DNA of 64,000 nucleotides from Octopus bimaculoides (Eukaryota), in assembly GCF_001194135.2 (NCBI RefSeq), contig NC_068982.1:41189022-41253021 (forward strand), written 5' to 3'. The notes under the pieces are model-generated. The model made no database searches. It was not told the origin of the DNA and saw only the letters and a program-made list of their open reading frames with translations. Below are positions 1 to 13,623 of the stretch, one piece after another. Position 1 is the stretch's first letter. Every line of letters begins with the position of its first letter. A program made the position numbers and the translations under genes.

Positions 1-799
1 GTGTGTTCACTGATTGTAAACAATTGTCTCTTTGTCCATGTGGAACTGTGTCATTTGCTTGCAGTCCACTGCAAAACCATGTCCAGGCTTCTTAACAATG
101 ATATACCTTAGCATGTTGTGTGATGTTAATGAACAAAAGGGTCATTCAAACAGTTTGTTTCCATTTCTCTCTATAACCATGTCGGGGTTGTTTGTTGTTC
201 AATAGACTAAGAGATTATTGCCTCACCTGGAAATGAATAATGATTGATGTGAGGAAGGGCATCTGACCATAGAAAACTCTGCCCCAATATGTCCCCATTT
301 GACCAGTATGAGCATGGGAAAGTAGATGTTAAATCAATGGTGACAAGTGGTTAAATCAGAATATTTAAAAGTAAAATGTATGCAAAGTCTTGAAGATCTC
401 AAAACATAACCAACATTACCAAAACAATAAGAATGTTGAGAATTGCTAACATCAGAATTGAGTGGGTGTCTAATACACTGCATTCATGATTGTATTGTCT
501 GTTCGGGTAAAATTTAATGTACTCTTCTCACTTCAACTCACATCTTGGTTGTAAAAAATAAAAATACTTTCTCTTCTTTCACCGTTAAGTAATTCACTCC
601 AAGAATTTATGACCTCAAATGCAAGTATGTAAACATGAAATTAGAAGAGATTATATGAAAAAAAAAATGCTGACAGTATTTTAGTCTGTTGACTCTAATG
701 TATATGCAATATATTGATTTTGTTCACATTTCAAATTTTTGTGTGTGTGTGTATATATTACATGTACATTACATGTATATATTTCAATTCTTATTTCAG

Positions 800-906
800 G
801 AAACAGACAAAAAGAGCCCGTGAATTATGGTGGAGTGGCTTACCACCATGTGTTCGAGGCAAAGTATGGAAATTAGCAATTGGTAACGAACTAAATATCA
901 CTGAGG
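800..906 (+). CDS. TBC1D14: TBC1D14-like exon ([35 protein letters not shown])
   Basis: ttatttcag acceptor, gtgag donor at 907; conserved TBC N-terminal motif. Confidence 0.95.
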
Positions 907-1350
907 GTGAGCATTATTCTCTAAAAGACATTAATAAACATTCAAAAATGGTAATCATGTTTATTTTACTAATGCAATATCAGGTTCTGTTGTGTCTTCC
1001 TTTGATATAGTAATAAATAACAGAATAGATATTGGTTTCTTATGTTTGATAACAACCATATTTCAGTAAATTATTTCTAACTGAAACACGTTTAAAATTT
1101 ATCTGGTCAAAACAAGTATAAATTACACAGGCAACCTTTATGTCTGAATGTTTACTTTCAAACATGAAAACTCTTTCTCTTTACATCTTCTAAATCTTTA
1201 TACACCATTTACAGATTGCTTCATAACCTCAGACTAAAAACAAGCCACTGGAATGTCCTGTGTATAACTTTGAAATAATAGTTTATAAGGAAACTAATGA
1301 TTAAATTGTCAAAAATAGTGACGGAAAAAACTTTGTGTGTGTGTGTATGC

Positions 1351-1750
1351 AGGTGCAGGTTTTCCTGTGTGGTAAGTTTGCTTCCCTACCACATGGTTCC
1401 AGGTTCAGTCCCACTGTGTGACACCTTGGACAAGTATTTTCTACTATATCTCCAGGCCAACTATAAAGCCTTGTGAATGGATTTGGTAGGTGGAAACTGA
1501 AAGAAGCCCGTTGTGTGTGTGTGTGTGTGTGTGTATTTTCATATGTATGTATCTATGAGCATGTGTCTTTCTGTTTGTCCCTCACCATTGCTTGACAGCT
1601 GGTGTTGGTTTGTTTATATCCTCATAACTTATCAGTTCAGCAAACAGAGAAAGATTTAATAAGTAGCAGGTTTTAAAAAATATATATGGGGTTGATTTGT
1701 TCAACTAAATCCTTCAAGGCAGTGCCCCAGCATGGCCTCAGCCCAATGAC
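1351..1750 (+). mobile_element. tRNA-derived SINE family A (representative copy)
   Basis: Head ggttcagtcccactg..gcaccttgg.caagt.tcttctactatag, core gtgg atttggtag.ggaaactgaaagaagccc, then microsatellite; copies also at ~2195, 12315, 13035, 21452(-), 21960, 27320(-), 33895, 38025(-), 44745(-), 45300, 46540, 48912, 51555, 52040, 58770, 63485. Confidence 0.85.
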
Positions 1751-1764
1751 AGTGCTGCATAAAT

Positions 1765-1970
1765 GCACCCATGCCAGTGGCACATAAAAAGCACCCAGTA
1801 CACTTTTAAGTGGTTGGCATTAGGAAGGGCATCCAACCATAGAAACCATGCCATAACAGACAACTGGAATCTGGACAGCTCCCAGCTGGCCAGCTCCATA
1901 TCAAACCGTCCAACCCATACTAGCATGGAAAGCAGACAGTAGATGATGATGGTGATGATGATGATGATGT
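1765..1970 (+). mobile_element. RTE-tail/SINE family B ending in (GAT)n (representative copy)
   Basis: gtggttggcattaggaagggcatcca.cc.tagaaa ... caacccatgc.agcatggaa ... gatgatgat; copies at ~215, 5715(-), 13385, 35400, 35920, 37415(-), 37775(-), 41440, 46700, 48165, 51370(-), 51680, 62140, 63007. Confidence 0.85.
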
Positions 1971-2340
1971 ATTAAGTTTGACTCAGTTTCATATGACTTT
2001 AATTTTCATGAATGTGTAGGACAAGCCCATCTCTTCTAATATCATATGAGATGGATTCATCTTCCACACCCACAAAACTTGAAGTCATATGATACTTGAG
2101 TCAAACTGTCATTAAAAAATATCTGTAATTCCTACCAAATGTGTTGAGTGCCACTTTCTTTCATTCATCCACTCATAGATGTGTGTGTGTGTGTGTGTGT
2201 GGTTAAAAGACATTTACTTCCCAACTATGTGACTTCAATCAGTCACATTGTAACACATTGGTTAAGTGTTTTCTACTATAACACCAGGCCAATCGAAACC
2301 TTGTGAGTAAATTTCATAGATGAAAACTGGAAGAAGCTTG

Positions 2341-2381
<41 letters not shown>

Positions 2382-2459
2382 TGCACCCAAATGTATGTCC
2401 GTGTGTTTGCTTACATTTGCATATAAATACACACACACTCATATGTTTATATGCATGTT

Positions 2460-2497
<38 letters not shown>

Positions 2498-3470
2498 AAA
2501 TAATAGATGGAAAATGCTCACAATTTACATAGTTTTAATATATTTTAAATTAAAGAGTATTGTGGTTGTTGACCGGTTTCACTTTTGCTAATCATGACAT
2601 TGANNNNNNNNNNNNNNNNNNNNNNNNNNNNNNNNNNNNNNNNNNNNNNNNNNNNNNNNNNNNNNNNNNNNNNNNNNNNNNNNNNNNNNNNNNNNNNNNN
2701 NNNNNNNNNNNNNNNNNNNNNNNNNNNNNNNNNNNNNNNNNNNNNNNNNNNNNNNNNNNNNNNNNNNNNNNNNNNNNNNNNNNNNNNNNNNNNNNNNNNN
2801 NNNNNNNNNNNNNNNNNNNNNNNNNNNNNNNNNNNNNNNNNNNNNNNNNNNNNNNNNNNNNNNNNNNNNNNNNNNNNNNNNNNNNNNNNNNNNNNNNNNN
2901 NNNNNNNNNNNNNNNNNNNNNNNNNNNNNNNNNNNNNNNNNNNNNNNNNNNNNNNNNNNNNNNNNNNNNNNNNNNNNNNNNNNNNNNNNNNNNNNNNNNN
3001 NNNNNNNNNNNNNNNNNNNNNNNNNNNNNNNNNNNNNNNNNNNNNNNNNNNNNNNNNNNNNNNNNNNNNNNNNNNNNNNNNNNNNNNNNNNNNNNNNNNN
3101 NNNNNNNNNNNNNNNNNNNNNNNNNNNNNNNNNNNNNNNNNNNNNNNNNNNNNNNNNNNNNNNNNNNNNNNNNNNNNNNNNNNNNNNNNNNNNNNNNNNN
3201 NNNNNNNNNNNNNNNNNNNNNNNNNNNNNNNNNNNNNNNNNNNNNNNNNNNNNNNNNNNNNNNNNNNNNNNNNNNNNNNNNNNNNNNNNNNNNNNNNNNN
3301 NNNNNNNNNNNNNNNNNNNNNNNNNNNNNNNNNNNNNNNNNNNNNNNNNNNNNNNNNNNNNNNNNNNNNNNNNNNNNNNNNNNNNNNNNNNNNNNNNNNN
3401 NNNNNNNNNNNNNNNNNNNNNNNNNNNNNNNNNNNNNNNNNNNNNNNNNNNNNNNNNNNNNNNNNNNNNN

Positions 3471-3547
<77 letters not shown>

Positions 3548-3559
3548 GCAATCTATTAT

Positions 3560-3900
3560 ATACATATATATAGTGAGAATTTACAAAAGACGAAGAGCAG
3601 TGTGTAAACAACAAACAAATGTATTAGTTTAACGCTCGGGAAGTGAGAAAGTCTTTTACATTTCGAGCCTATGCTCTTCGACAGAAAGGAATACAGAAAT
3701 AAACAGGGAGATAAAATACGAAAAGGTATAGTGGCTAGCAATCTTTTTGATTTCCAGATAAGGAATTTCTTATTCCACATGTCTACAGATGTGTGAAATA
3801 AGTGGACAAATTGTTTACAAGAGCAATTTATTAAAGGGAAGGAAAAGCATATAATCTTTTGACTCTCATGTACTGAAAATGTTCCATTCATTTATTGACA
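3560..3900. mobile_element. Probable Penelope-like terminal repeat fragment
   Basis: tttcgagcctatgctcttcgacag resembles PLE terminal motifs; higher CpG than flanks. Confidence 0.4.
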
Positions 3901-5202
3901 ATTTACTGCTCGATGAAACTATAACATTAACCTTGGCCGTTGGTACTAAAGGCAGAATGCAAAGAGCCAGAACAGTCACCACAGAGCATCTCATTTGATG
4001 CTCTAACAACTCTTCCAATTCTTCACCCTCGACTGATACTTTATCAACCCAGAAAGAATGATGGGCAAAGTTGATCTCAGCAAAATTTCATGTTAGAGAC
4101 CCTGTCAAATAATGCAAGGCATTCTATCCAACATTCAAGTGACTCCACCCCTTTGAGGAAACATAACCATACGTAATCTTTTGTTGGCATGCTGGATGTC
4201 TCTCCAGTAGCTCTGGGGCTATATCAAACATCTTCAGAAGAACTCTGTGCTTTTCTGAGGAGTTCACTGACGACCTTTACTTTTGAACATTTGGTTGATT
4301 TTGCTGTTGTTGTTTAGTTTACTCTCTAACATTCAAAGGTTTTCCTGAACTGATCTTAAGCCTCTTTTCTTTTCCGCGTCTTCTGAAATAGAGTTTGTCA
4401 ATATCATTATCCCTCTGGAATGTTGATGTCAAGATTTTTCAGGTTTAAATATCAACAGGGCAAATTTCTTTTGTCAAATCAAAATCTGATTTAAGTCCAG
4501 TCAGTGTTTGCTCATAGCACTTTTATATATGTTCATCAATACCTAGGGGTTTTGTATACCTTGTGTAGAACTGGAGAGATAAAGAGATGCCATTAATGTT
4601 AAGGATTTGGATTCAGGAAGCAATGTTCTTTCATTCAAGCTGACAAATATGAGTACGCCATGTTCCATTCCTGTATATTAGCTACATGGTTGTGTGAAGG
4701 AAATAGCTGACATTACACCCGTTTGGGAATATATNNNNNNNNNNNNNNNNNNNNNNNNNNNNNNNNNNNNNNNNNNNNNNNNNNNNNNNNNNNNNNNNNN
4801 NNNNNNNNNNNNNNNNNNNNNNNNNNNNNNNNNNNNNNNTATATATATATTAATTTTCTCAAAGCTGACCTTCAAATGTAGACAGAACAACTCTTGTGAA
4901 CTCTTTCACTTCCCTTTTGTTGTAAAAGTGAAAGAAAAGATGTGACATTATAGTCTTTGGAAATCTATATCTTAATTTTCTCATAGTTTTAATGTATAAC
5001 CAGAACAGCTCACATCAGCTATTCCTCTTTCTATTTTTGTTATATAAATCTCACTGAAGAAAGAGGATAGCTAACATCAAAGACATTTTTTTTTCACAAA
5101 TCTATTTACATCTTAATTTTCTTACATCTGACCTTGATATATAGCCAGAACTGCTCCCATGAGCCATTTCACTAACTTTTTCTTTCGTTGATGCCATAGA
5201 AA

Positions 5203-5247
<45 letters not shown>

Positions 5248-5286
5248 CAGCTCTTTTTTAATACTTTATATTTTATTTCATTACAG

Positions 5287-5364
5287 AACTCTTCGAAATT
5301 TGTCTAAATCGTGCCAAAGACCGAATCAAAATGTTGAGTGAGGAATCAAATGGCTCATCAGAAA
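5287..5364 (+). CDS. TBC1D14: TBC1D14-like exon (ELFEICLNRAKDRIKMLSEESNGSSE)
   Basis: ttacag acceptor, gtaagt donor; phase 1/1; matches vertebrate ELFxICLxRAK. Confidence 0.93.
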
Positions 5365-5889
5365 GTAAGTCTTCTGTTTAATTATTGATATAAATCTATA
5401 ATCAACAGATAAAAGAAACCAGGAAAGATTACCAGTACACACTTGTGGTAGGTGACATGTGCAAAGCAATGAACAAACTGTATGACTTTTAATTCTTAAC
5501 CTGAAATTTCACTTTACTACTCTTTGTTGCATACTTCTGTCAGATGAGAAATTAAAAAAATAGTCATAACAAAGGAGATTGTGAGAGCAACTGCAAATGA
5601 ATACTATCTGTGACCAGATGGTGCTATTAACTTAGCCAGGGCCTGTTCTGCTGCCTGCTGAAATCTCTCATCTCATTTGGTCAACAAACAAAACATTTAA
5701 AACTTACAATAATTCATCATTTAACGTCTGCTTTCCATGCTGGCATAGGTTAGACGGTTTGACTGGAACTGGTAAGCCGGAGCGCTGCACCAGGTTCCAG
5801 TCTGATTTGGCATGGTTTCTACGGCTGGATGCCTTTCCTAATACCAACCACTCCAAGAGTGTAATGGGTACTTTTTATGTTTTGCCAGT

Positions 5890-6540
5890 CAACCACTATT
5901 CTTGGGAGGGTCATGGGGATAGAGTTCTCGGGTACCTCCTCCAAAGGGTCCTGTCAGAAACAACTGTCATTAAACTTTCCAGCTGGATTCCGAAGTATGA
6001 CCAATGGAGACTATGAATGTTACCCAATTACCTCACTTGTGGTCTGCCCTTAGGTCTCCTGCCAGTTGGCTCTGCTTGAATAATTTGTTATGTGATCCTT
6101 TCCTGCAACATTCTAACCACAAATCTGTAGTACCAGGGTGGTGACCTCTCAATATGGAGAAGCAGCAGCTCAACTTGGAGAAACTCCCCGATCTCTAAGT
6201 TATGCACCCTGCTGAGTAATGTTATTCCAGAGATCCTTCAGAGGGAATTCTATGTTGGACACTTGTATTCACAATCATATTCTTTCAGTCATTACCCAAT
6301 ATTCATGGCTATAAGTGAGGATAGGCATGGAAACCAAACTGAAAATAGGGAGTTTGGCTTTTTCACTAGATTCTACTTTTTTAGGATCAAATGCTGAAGC
6401 TGGTGCATTACAGTACCAGAACCTACAATTCTAGTATCCAATTCAGCCTCCTGCCTCCCATCACTCATGAATACAGCTCAAAGATACTTAAACTTCCCCA
6501 TTTCCCTCAGTGACGTTTGACTAGCATACAGAGTGCACTG
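5890..6540 (-). mobile_element. Decayed LINE 3' half (RTE-like)
   Basis: Remnants of KFKYLG / post-RT / GRPRTRW-type segments with many stops. Confidence 0.65.
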
Positions 6541-6937
6541 GTAAGACTTTCTTGAATAGACCAGAACATAAAAAATCAGATTTTTGCCATAATTTATATA
6601 TGCAGACTTTAAAATCTTCAGTTGCCTAAGTATTTGGCAGCTGAATTTTCTTCTAAGATTATCTTAAAATACGTCTTATTTTTTATTATTTCCTAATCAA
6701 AATAAGAAAATAGTAATATAAATCTTATTTCTAATGGAAGCAATTTGTTCCAAACCAGCAAATTACTTTAATGAATGTACAGGATTTCAGCTTGCATCCT
6801 AAACTTATCCTGTGCTTTATATTTAATTATACATATTTTTTTATTCCACTCACAGCCAAGCAATAGGAAGCATGCATGCACACACATACACGCACAGCAA
6901 TATTATTATTAATCTCATATTCTACTTTTCTCTGCAG

Positions 6938-7032
6938 ATACCTCTGACCTTCCGTCCAGCAAGGAAGCTAGTGTGGATCTGATAAAATTGGATGTTTCTC
7001 GCACCTTTCCACAATTCTGTATCTTCCAGAAA
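6938..7032 (+). CDS. TBC1D14: TBC1D14-like exon with arginine finger (KEASVDLIKLDVSRTFPQFCIFQK)
   Basis: ttttctctgcag acceptor, gtaagt donor; IxxDxxR motif. Confidence 0.96.
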
Positions 7033-7799
7033 GTAAGTATTTATCATTTAAAGTTTGCCATCAGATATCAAATCAATGACATCTAGATTCTCCCGATTCC
7101 CCTTCACTCGATCCTTTGAACACTGAGCATCTGAGCACTATTTCGCTGATACACTGGGTTCCTGAGATGAACAAGCACACACTGCACTGGGCTGCACACC
7201 TGTCAACTGTATAGCTGCAACATGCTGGTTATCACTCTGATTACTATCAGATACAGTCATTGCTTTCCAGCTCAAAGTCACTTTCAGCCCCATAATCATT
7301 GCCATGTAAACTCTCTGAATCAGAATTGAGCAACTATTTGGTCTACAATGAAATATTTACCTGCAATTTTCAGTGTAATTTTACAAAAATACACTAAGAT
7401 ACCAAGAAAAGTTCTGTAAACAATGCTGCCCAAAGATCAGATGAAATAAGCTCTGTGATTAGCTGGTTTTTTGCTAAGCAATAAGTTTATAAATATGTAC
7501 TTGTGGAGGTCCAAAAATTAGCCATGCACATGTGCTCTCTTCTTTTTCTTTCTTATCTTTCTCTCCCTCCATTCCTCCTCTCTCTCTCTCTCTCTCTGTC
7601 TCTATCACACACCTCTCTCTTGCATGCACACATTAATGATTATATGATGGGAGAGAGTGTCACATATGGAATTTTATGCAACAGAAAAACAAAGGCATAT
7701 TCAAAGTAGAAACTTTCTCCTAATATAAGTTTTGTGCAATAAGTGCCTTATCCATTCCATATTCATTCATGATGTATAAAATTATTTTCTCATTTGCAG

Positions 7800-7871
7800 G
7801 GTGGACCATATCATGATCTTTTACACAGTCTTTTAGGAGCCTATGCTTGCTATCGACCCGATGTTGGTTAT
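7800..7871 (+). CDS. TBC1D14: TBC1D14-like exon ([24 protein letters not shown])
   Basis: catttgcag acceptor, gtaagt donor; phase 0/0. Confidence 0.96.
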
Positions 7872-8137
7872 GTAAGTTTACATCTGTTTCTGTTATCTTT
7901 TACTTGTTTCTATCATTGGAGTCTGGTCATGCTGGTGCACCACCTTGAAGAATTTTAGTTGATGAATGGAACCCTGTACTTATTCCATTTATCTCTTTTG
8001 TTTTACCAAAATACTGGTACTTATTCTATTGATCTCTTTTGCCGAGCTGCTAAGTTGCAGGGATATAAATACACCATCACCAGTTGTCAAGCAGTGGTTG
8101 AGGAGAGACACAAATACACACGCACGTGTGCGCACAT

Positions 8138-8174
<37 letters not shown>

Positions 8175-8289
8175 TAAGATAGTACTTTCTTACTTCCTGG
8201 GAGCAAGGTAAAGCCCTCTTTACAAATTAGTAAACATTCAAATTTTAGTTTCTCATATTTAAAAGTTTAAAATGCTGCCATAGTATTCA

Positions 8290-8517
8290 TTCACCCATTA
8301 GCAATCAAATTATTCTGTCCACTGTAATGCTTATTTATTCACTTTATTTTGAATTAATCATGCATTATCTTGTACCTTCAAAATTTTGATGAAGTGATTG
8401 TTTATTTTTAGAATGACATTGTAGGGTAGGTCTGGGAGGCTGGATCTGGCCAATTTGAATATAAAACAGATAGAATATTTGGCCTGGATGTTGCCAGTTT
8501 AAACACTAATGGGTTAA
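8290..8517 (+). mobile_element. piggyBac-like MITE copy
   Basis: Same internal sequence; ends ...ctaatgggTTAA. Confidence 0.8.
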
Positions 8518-8535
8518 GTATTCTTTTAGTGGATG

Positions 8536-9055
8536 CACATAGCTTAGTGGTTAGGATGTTGGACTCCTGGTCATAAGATTGTGGTTTTAATTCCTGAACC
8601 GGGTGACGTGCTGTGTTCTTCATTTCACATTGCTCCAGTTCACTCAGCTGGCAAAAATGAGTCATCCTGTGACAGACTGGTGTCCCGTCCAGGTGGGGAA
8701 TATATATGCCATGAAACTGGGAAACTGGCCCTTATGAGCTGGTATGACTTGAGAAGGTAACTTTACCTTTTTTTTGGCCCTTTTTACTTTTTTAACTATT
8801 TTTAAAATTGATTTGTATTATATCTCTCCTTCTTCATCACAGGGTTCACTCAGCTGGCAAAAATGAGTTGCACCTGTGTTTCAGAGGTCCAGCCTTGTCA
8901 TATTCTGTGTCACGCTGAATCTCACTCTGAACTACATCAAGGGTACATATGTCCGTGGAGCGCTCAACCACTTACATGTTAGTTTCATGAGCAGGCTGTT
9001 CCATTGATTGGATCAACTAGAACCTTTGTTGTCATCACTAACAGAATGCCAGTTT
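8536..9055 (+). mobile_element. tRNA-derived SINE family E (two adjacent pieces)
   Basis: A/B-box-like head gcttagtggttagg...ttcct, core ccagt.cactcagctggcaaaaatgagt; also at ~15215-15455(-), 58880-59180, 60505-60690. Confidence 0.75.
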
Positions 9056-9851
9056 ATCATGGGTTGGGTCCAAAACAAAAAAATACATTAATAAATTAGT
9101 CATTTCCACATACTTTGTAAATGGAAGAAACAACAGATTCACTGACATTAAACTTGTGCCCCACAACAGCAAAGCTTCCACCATCATGTAATTTCTTGAT
9201 CGTTTCTACTTTTACCTGTAGAGAATGCACTCAACTGTATCATTTGTTAGGTTTAGGTGCTTTCATATTTTTACTGTTCATTGGTTTTATGTTGATCATC
9301 ATCATCATCATCATCGTTTAACGTGATGATGATGATGATGATGATGATCAACTGGATATGAGTATATAAATTCTTATAGAAAAAAATACACAGCCTCATA
9401 GCATGGGCATGTAAACATAAGCAATAATCAGCACATTCTGAGTAGCTGAGTACTGTGGATGGTTGCAGGGGTGCATGCTATCACAGATCCATCCATGATG
9501 AGTGCAACAGGGTTCAAAATTGAAGGCACTGTGTTCCCAATCAGTGATGAATGAGTCAGTGGTAAACAGGGCTACATCAATAAAAAAATAAAGTATTAAT
9601 GAAGTATCAAGGTCGTGAGACACTGTCATTATAAAATAAAATGTCACTAAGATGACTATATTAGTGGATAAACTTGTTCAACATACAGTCTCGTACCAAC
9701 TTAAATAACTTTTAGATACTTTCTTCAAATGTTCACACATTATTCACCTGCCTGCAACTGATGAAACTGAAATAATTAGAACAAGAATACAATGCAACAA
9801 CAGCTTATAACGTTTTTTTGTTTTTTGTTTATTTTTTTTTCCTATTGACAG

Positions 9852-9980
9852 GTTCAAGGAATGTCTTTCTTGGCAGCTGTGTTGCTGTTGAACATGGAGG
9901 TAGCTGATGCGTTTATCTGTTTTGCAAATCTTTTGAATGGTCCCTGCCAGGTTGCTTTCTTCCGTGTTGATGAAGGAATG
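9852..9980 (+). CDS. TBC1D14: TBC1D14-like exon with glutamine finger ([43 protein letters not shown])
   Basis: ttgacag acceptor, gtgag donor; YxQ motif completed across the junction. Confidence 0.96.
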
Positions 9981-11189
9981 GTGAGCAAATTTTTTTTAAT
10001 TGTAAATTCCTTTACAACTAAAATAGAAATCTTACTTTAACTCCATACTTTTTTATTACCTCATTGTCTTAAAATCTTTTGTTTCATTTAGTAAATCTTT
10101 CTTCTATAGACACAAGACCTGAAATTTTGAGGGAGGGTACTAGTTGATTACATTGACCCCAGTGTTCAGCTGGTATTTATTTTACAGACCCTAAAATGAT
10201 TAAAGACATAGTCAGCCTCAGCAGAATTTTAACTCAGAGCATAAAGCTGGATGAAATGCCACTAAATATTTTATCTGGCATGTTAATGATTCTGCTAGCT
10301 CACCACTTTTTTGTTTCTTTTAATAATAAAAAAAAACAACCCATTTTTTATTTGTTTATTTGTGTGTTTTTCTTCCCCTTGATGCTTTCTTTCTCTCTAG
10401 TTGTTACTGAAAGTCAGTAGTGATTGTCCTACAAGTGAATATGTTTTAGATCTTTCAATGCAGGCTGACTGCTGTGTTGTGTGGGAGTCAGTAAATATTT
10501 TTGGCCGGAAGAGATCTCAAAATCACTCTTGCATTTCTCTCTGTATTGACTGAGAATTATCCCTCCAAGAATCATTCTCTACAGATATTAGACTAGATAC
10601 ATTGAGTCAACATAGAAAAAAAAAATAATGCTAATTCAATGTACTCATAGCTCTCAGTTGATCAAATACTATATTCTCATCATTGAACCTAATAGACATT
10701 CATTTAGTCAATGCTTTTTCAGAGAGGCCATTAAATGCATCTTTCTTGGCATTTCAGCTCCTTGATTCTTATTATCTATGTATACTGTATTTTCTGGAAT
10801 ACAAGTCAGCATAGTATATAGTGTGAACATGTAGTGTAAACGTTCAAACATCATCACTATCTTTCCGAGTCTTTCTGCATTCCACATGGAATTTTTGGTC
10901 CTCTAAAGTCATTTTGGTGTTTAAGTCAACCTACCTTTTTTATGGCTGTCAATTTTGGTCTGAAAAATTTAACTTGTATGCCAAAAATTATGGTAAGTTT
11001 CATAAAGTTAACTGCTTTAAATACGTCTTGATATTCAACCAACAAAAATCAGTTATGACAACCATCTCCTGGCAGGAGATTTGTTGTAGAGACTGCTTTT
11101 ATTCCTTATTGTGCCAAATACCAACAATTCTAGATGTTTGCTCTGTGAATATTCTTTAACCCTTTTTTCTCTATTTTTGTTTTTTTTAG

Positions 11190-11299
11190 ATGAAGTCTTA
11201 TTTTGATACTTATGATGAGTTCCTATTGGAAAATATGCCCCAACTCCACCATCATTTTGGAAGACAGAACTTGACACCCGACATTTACATTATAGATTG
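11190..11299 (+). CDS. TBC1D14: TBC1D14-like exon (MKSYFDTYDEFLLENMPQLHHHFGRQNLTPDIYIIDW)
   Basis: poly-T/ag acceptor, gtaagt donor; NLTPDIYxIDW conserved. Confidence 0.95.
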
Positions 11300-11457
11300 G
11301 TAAGTTACCATTATTCAAGGAGATCTTTGTTTCCCTTTATATTTGTATGTGTCATCAGAAGCATATGCTGCCACCAACTATATAAAGTTTAATTGATACT
11401 GAAATTGTCAGCATGTTAGGAAAGCAATCTAAGTATTCAATATAAGATGCTTTTTGG

Positions 11458-12033
11458 CAGGGATCCCCAACAGCTAGACCTTGGATCATTTGGTACCAGG
11501 TTGCACAAAAAGAATCAATTTTATTTCTATTTTATTGATTATAGCAGTCTACAGGGTGTTTTATTTTGAAAAATTACACTTCTGTCTGTGGCATAGCTAA
11601 TAGGGAAGCAAAATGAAGGACTAATCTTCCCAAGCACATTTTTCAAAATTGGCACCGTTACAACCATTATTTTTTTTATATTCTTTTGTTACTTATATCA
11701 GTAGTTGTAAGTTTCATACATTATAACATTGTTACTGAAACAGGAAATTAATGAATGTAGAATACAATTACGTATATTATAACTAATGAAATATTTCATG
11801 TAATATAAGAGAAATGAGTTAAAAATTGTTTGACATGTGTCAATGCACCTTTTTTTTTATGTGCTCGCTTCCCCTAACTTTAGAACTTGCTATGTCTCTA
11901 GTCTGTGCCTCTTTCTCACACTTGTCTTAGTCAAAGTTTTTGCAAGCACCAATAAATTAGGCCCACAAGCTAAATGAAATTATAATATGAGTGCTAAATT
12001 CTTGGTCCATGCAAAAAAGATTGGGGACCACTG
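11458..12033. mobile_element. hAT-like non-autonomous element
   Basis: cagggatccccaa ... ttggggaccactg TIRs; TSD not recognisable. Confidence 0.55.
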
Positions 12034-13623
12034 ATTTGCTGGATTGAGGAAAGGTCTCTACCAGGTAAGAAAAAAATATTATTCCATAAACTACAAAATA
12101 AAAATGTTAAAATACAAAAGAATCAAAAGCTTATTAAACATAATTCTACATTCAGAATTATTTCTGATGAAGAATAAAGAAATTTGGTAGATTGTTCACT
12201 TACCTAAGGTGAACAACCTAAAAGGTTCTATAATAGTTAATCTTAAGTGTCACAGCAAAATACTTGATTAAAACTAAAGCTTGAGACCAATAAAGTTTTT
12301 AAAAAATAGTCAACATGGCTGTGTGGTTAAGTTCACATTGCAACCACATGGTTTCAGGTTCAATACCTTGTGAGTGAATTTAGTTGACAGAAAGTCTGTC
12401 ATGTGTGTTTGCAGCTTTATATTTGTCTCTTCTCATCACTTAGGCAACCAGTGTGAGTTTATTTGTATCCCTGTAACTTAGCAGTTCAGCCAGAAGGGAC
12501 TGATAAAAGAAGTACCAGGCTTAAAATATGTACTGAGGTTGAATTGGTCAACTAAACCCTTCGAGGCATAGGTGCAGTCCAATGACTGAAACAAAATAAT
12601 AAAAATGTAAAGAATTGGTGTACCATAAGAAGAAAATGCTAACATTTCAATAGAGCCCTTTGGGAAACAAAGAACACTGCTTTATTTTCTCTGTAAGGAA
12701 TTTTAAAAAAATAGTTAATATTGATATTTCCCTGTATTAAAGACTAAGAAATATCTGTTTGTACTATTCTTTACTATTGTAGTAACTAAAACCACAGCAC
12801 AAATAAGCTTTGATCAAATTCAGTCTTGAGATATAATTATATGTCTCCAATTTCTTTCACTTTGGTACACAGCAACAGAATAATTTTTTTGTTGAGTAAT
12901 TGGATCTGTCTTGCTTTTCATTCATCCAATTTTTGATTCTCTTTATTGCTATCATTTACATTTCTTTCATTGTTGTGCTATATTTACAATTCTATTTTAC
13001 TGATGATAAGCATTGTAATTTTCTCTAAATTGTTATAGATGCAGCCGTGGCTGTGTGGTTAAGAAGCTTGCTTCCCAACCATGTGGTCTTGGGTTCAGTC
13101 CTACTGTGTTACACCTTGGACAAGTATCTTCTACTATAGCCCCTGAAAGAAGCCTGTCATATATATATATAAAATAATAATAATAATCCATGATCACATT
13201 TTTCTTACGATCATAGTTTATATTCCTCTGATGATTACAGTACAGTCTGTAGTGTACATGGACATCTGGTGGATCATTCACCTCTAGAAAACTGCTATTG
13301 CCAGTTGGTAACATTAGGCTGTGGCCAGCATAATAAAATAGGAGCTTTGATATGCATATTCATAAACGAATTTAAAGGATGTGTGTGTACCCTTGTCTAG
13401 ATATCTCATGATGGTTGTAAAGAAGCATCATTTCATACAAGCAAACTTATTTGTTTCCAGTCTTTTGTGAAAAACATGTCTAGTTATGGGAAAATATCAC
13501 CTTGCTTGGAAACAGGTGAAGTTTGGTGACAGGAAGGGCATCTGGCCATAAAAAATCTGCATCAACAGATTCTATCTGCTACCTGCAAGCATGGGAAAGT
13601 GGTCATTAAATGATGATGTTATA

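Noticed and set aside
2545-3614. 300+ aa ORFs in the track (also 60969-62060, 4678-4945)
   Set aside because: They consist of N-gap X residues and microsatellite translations
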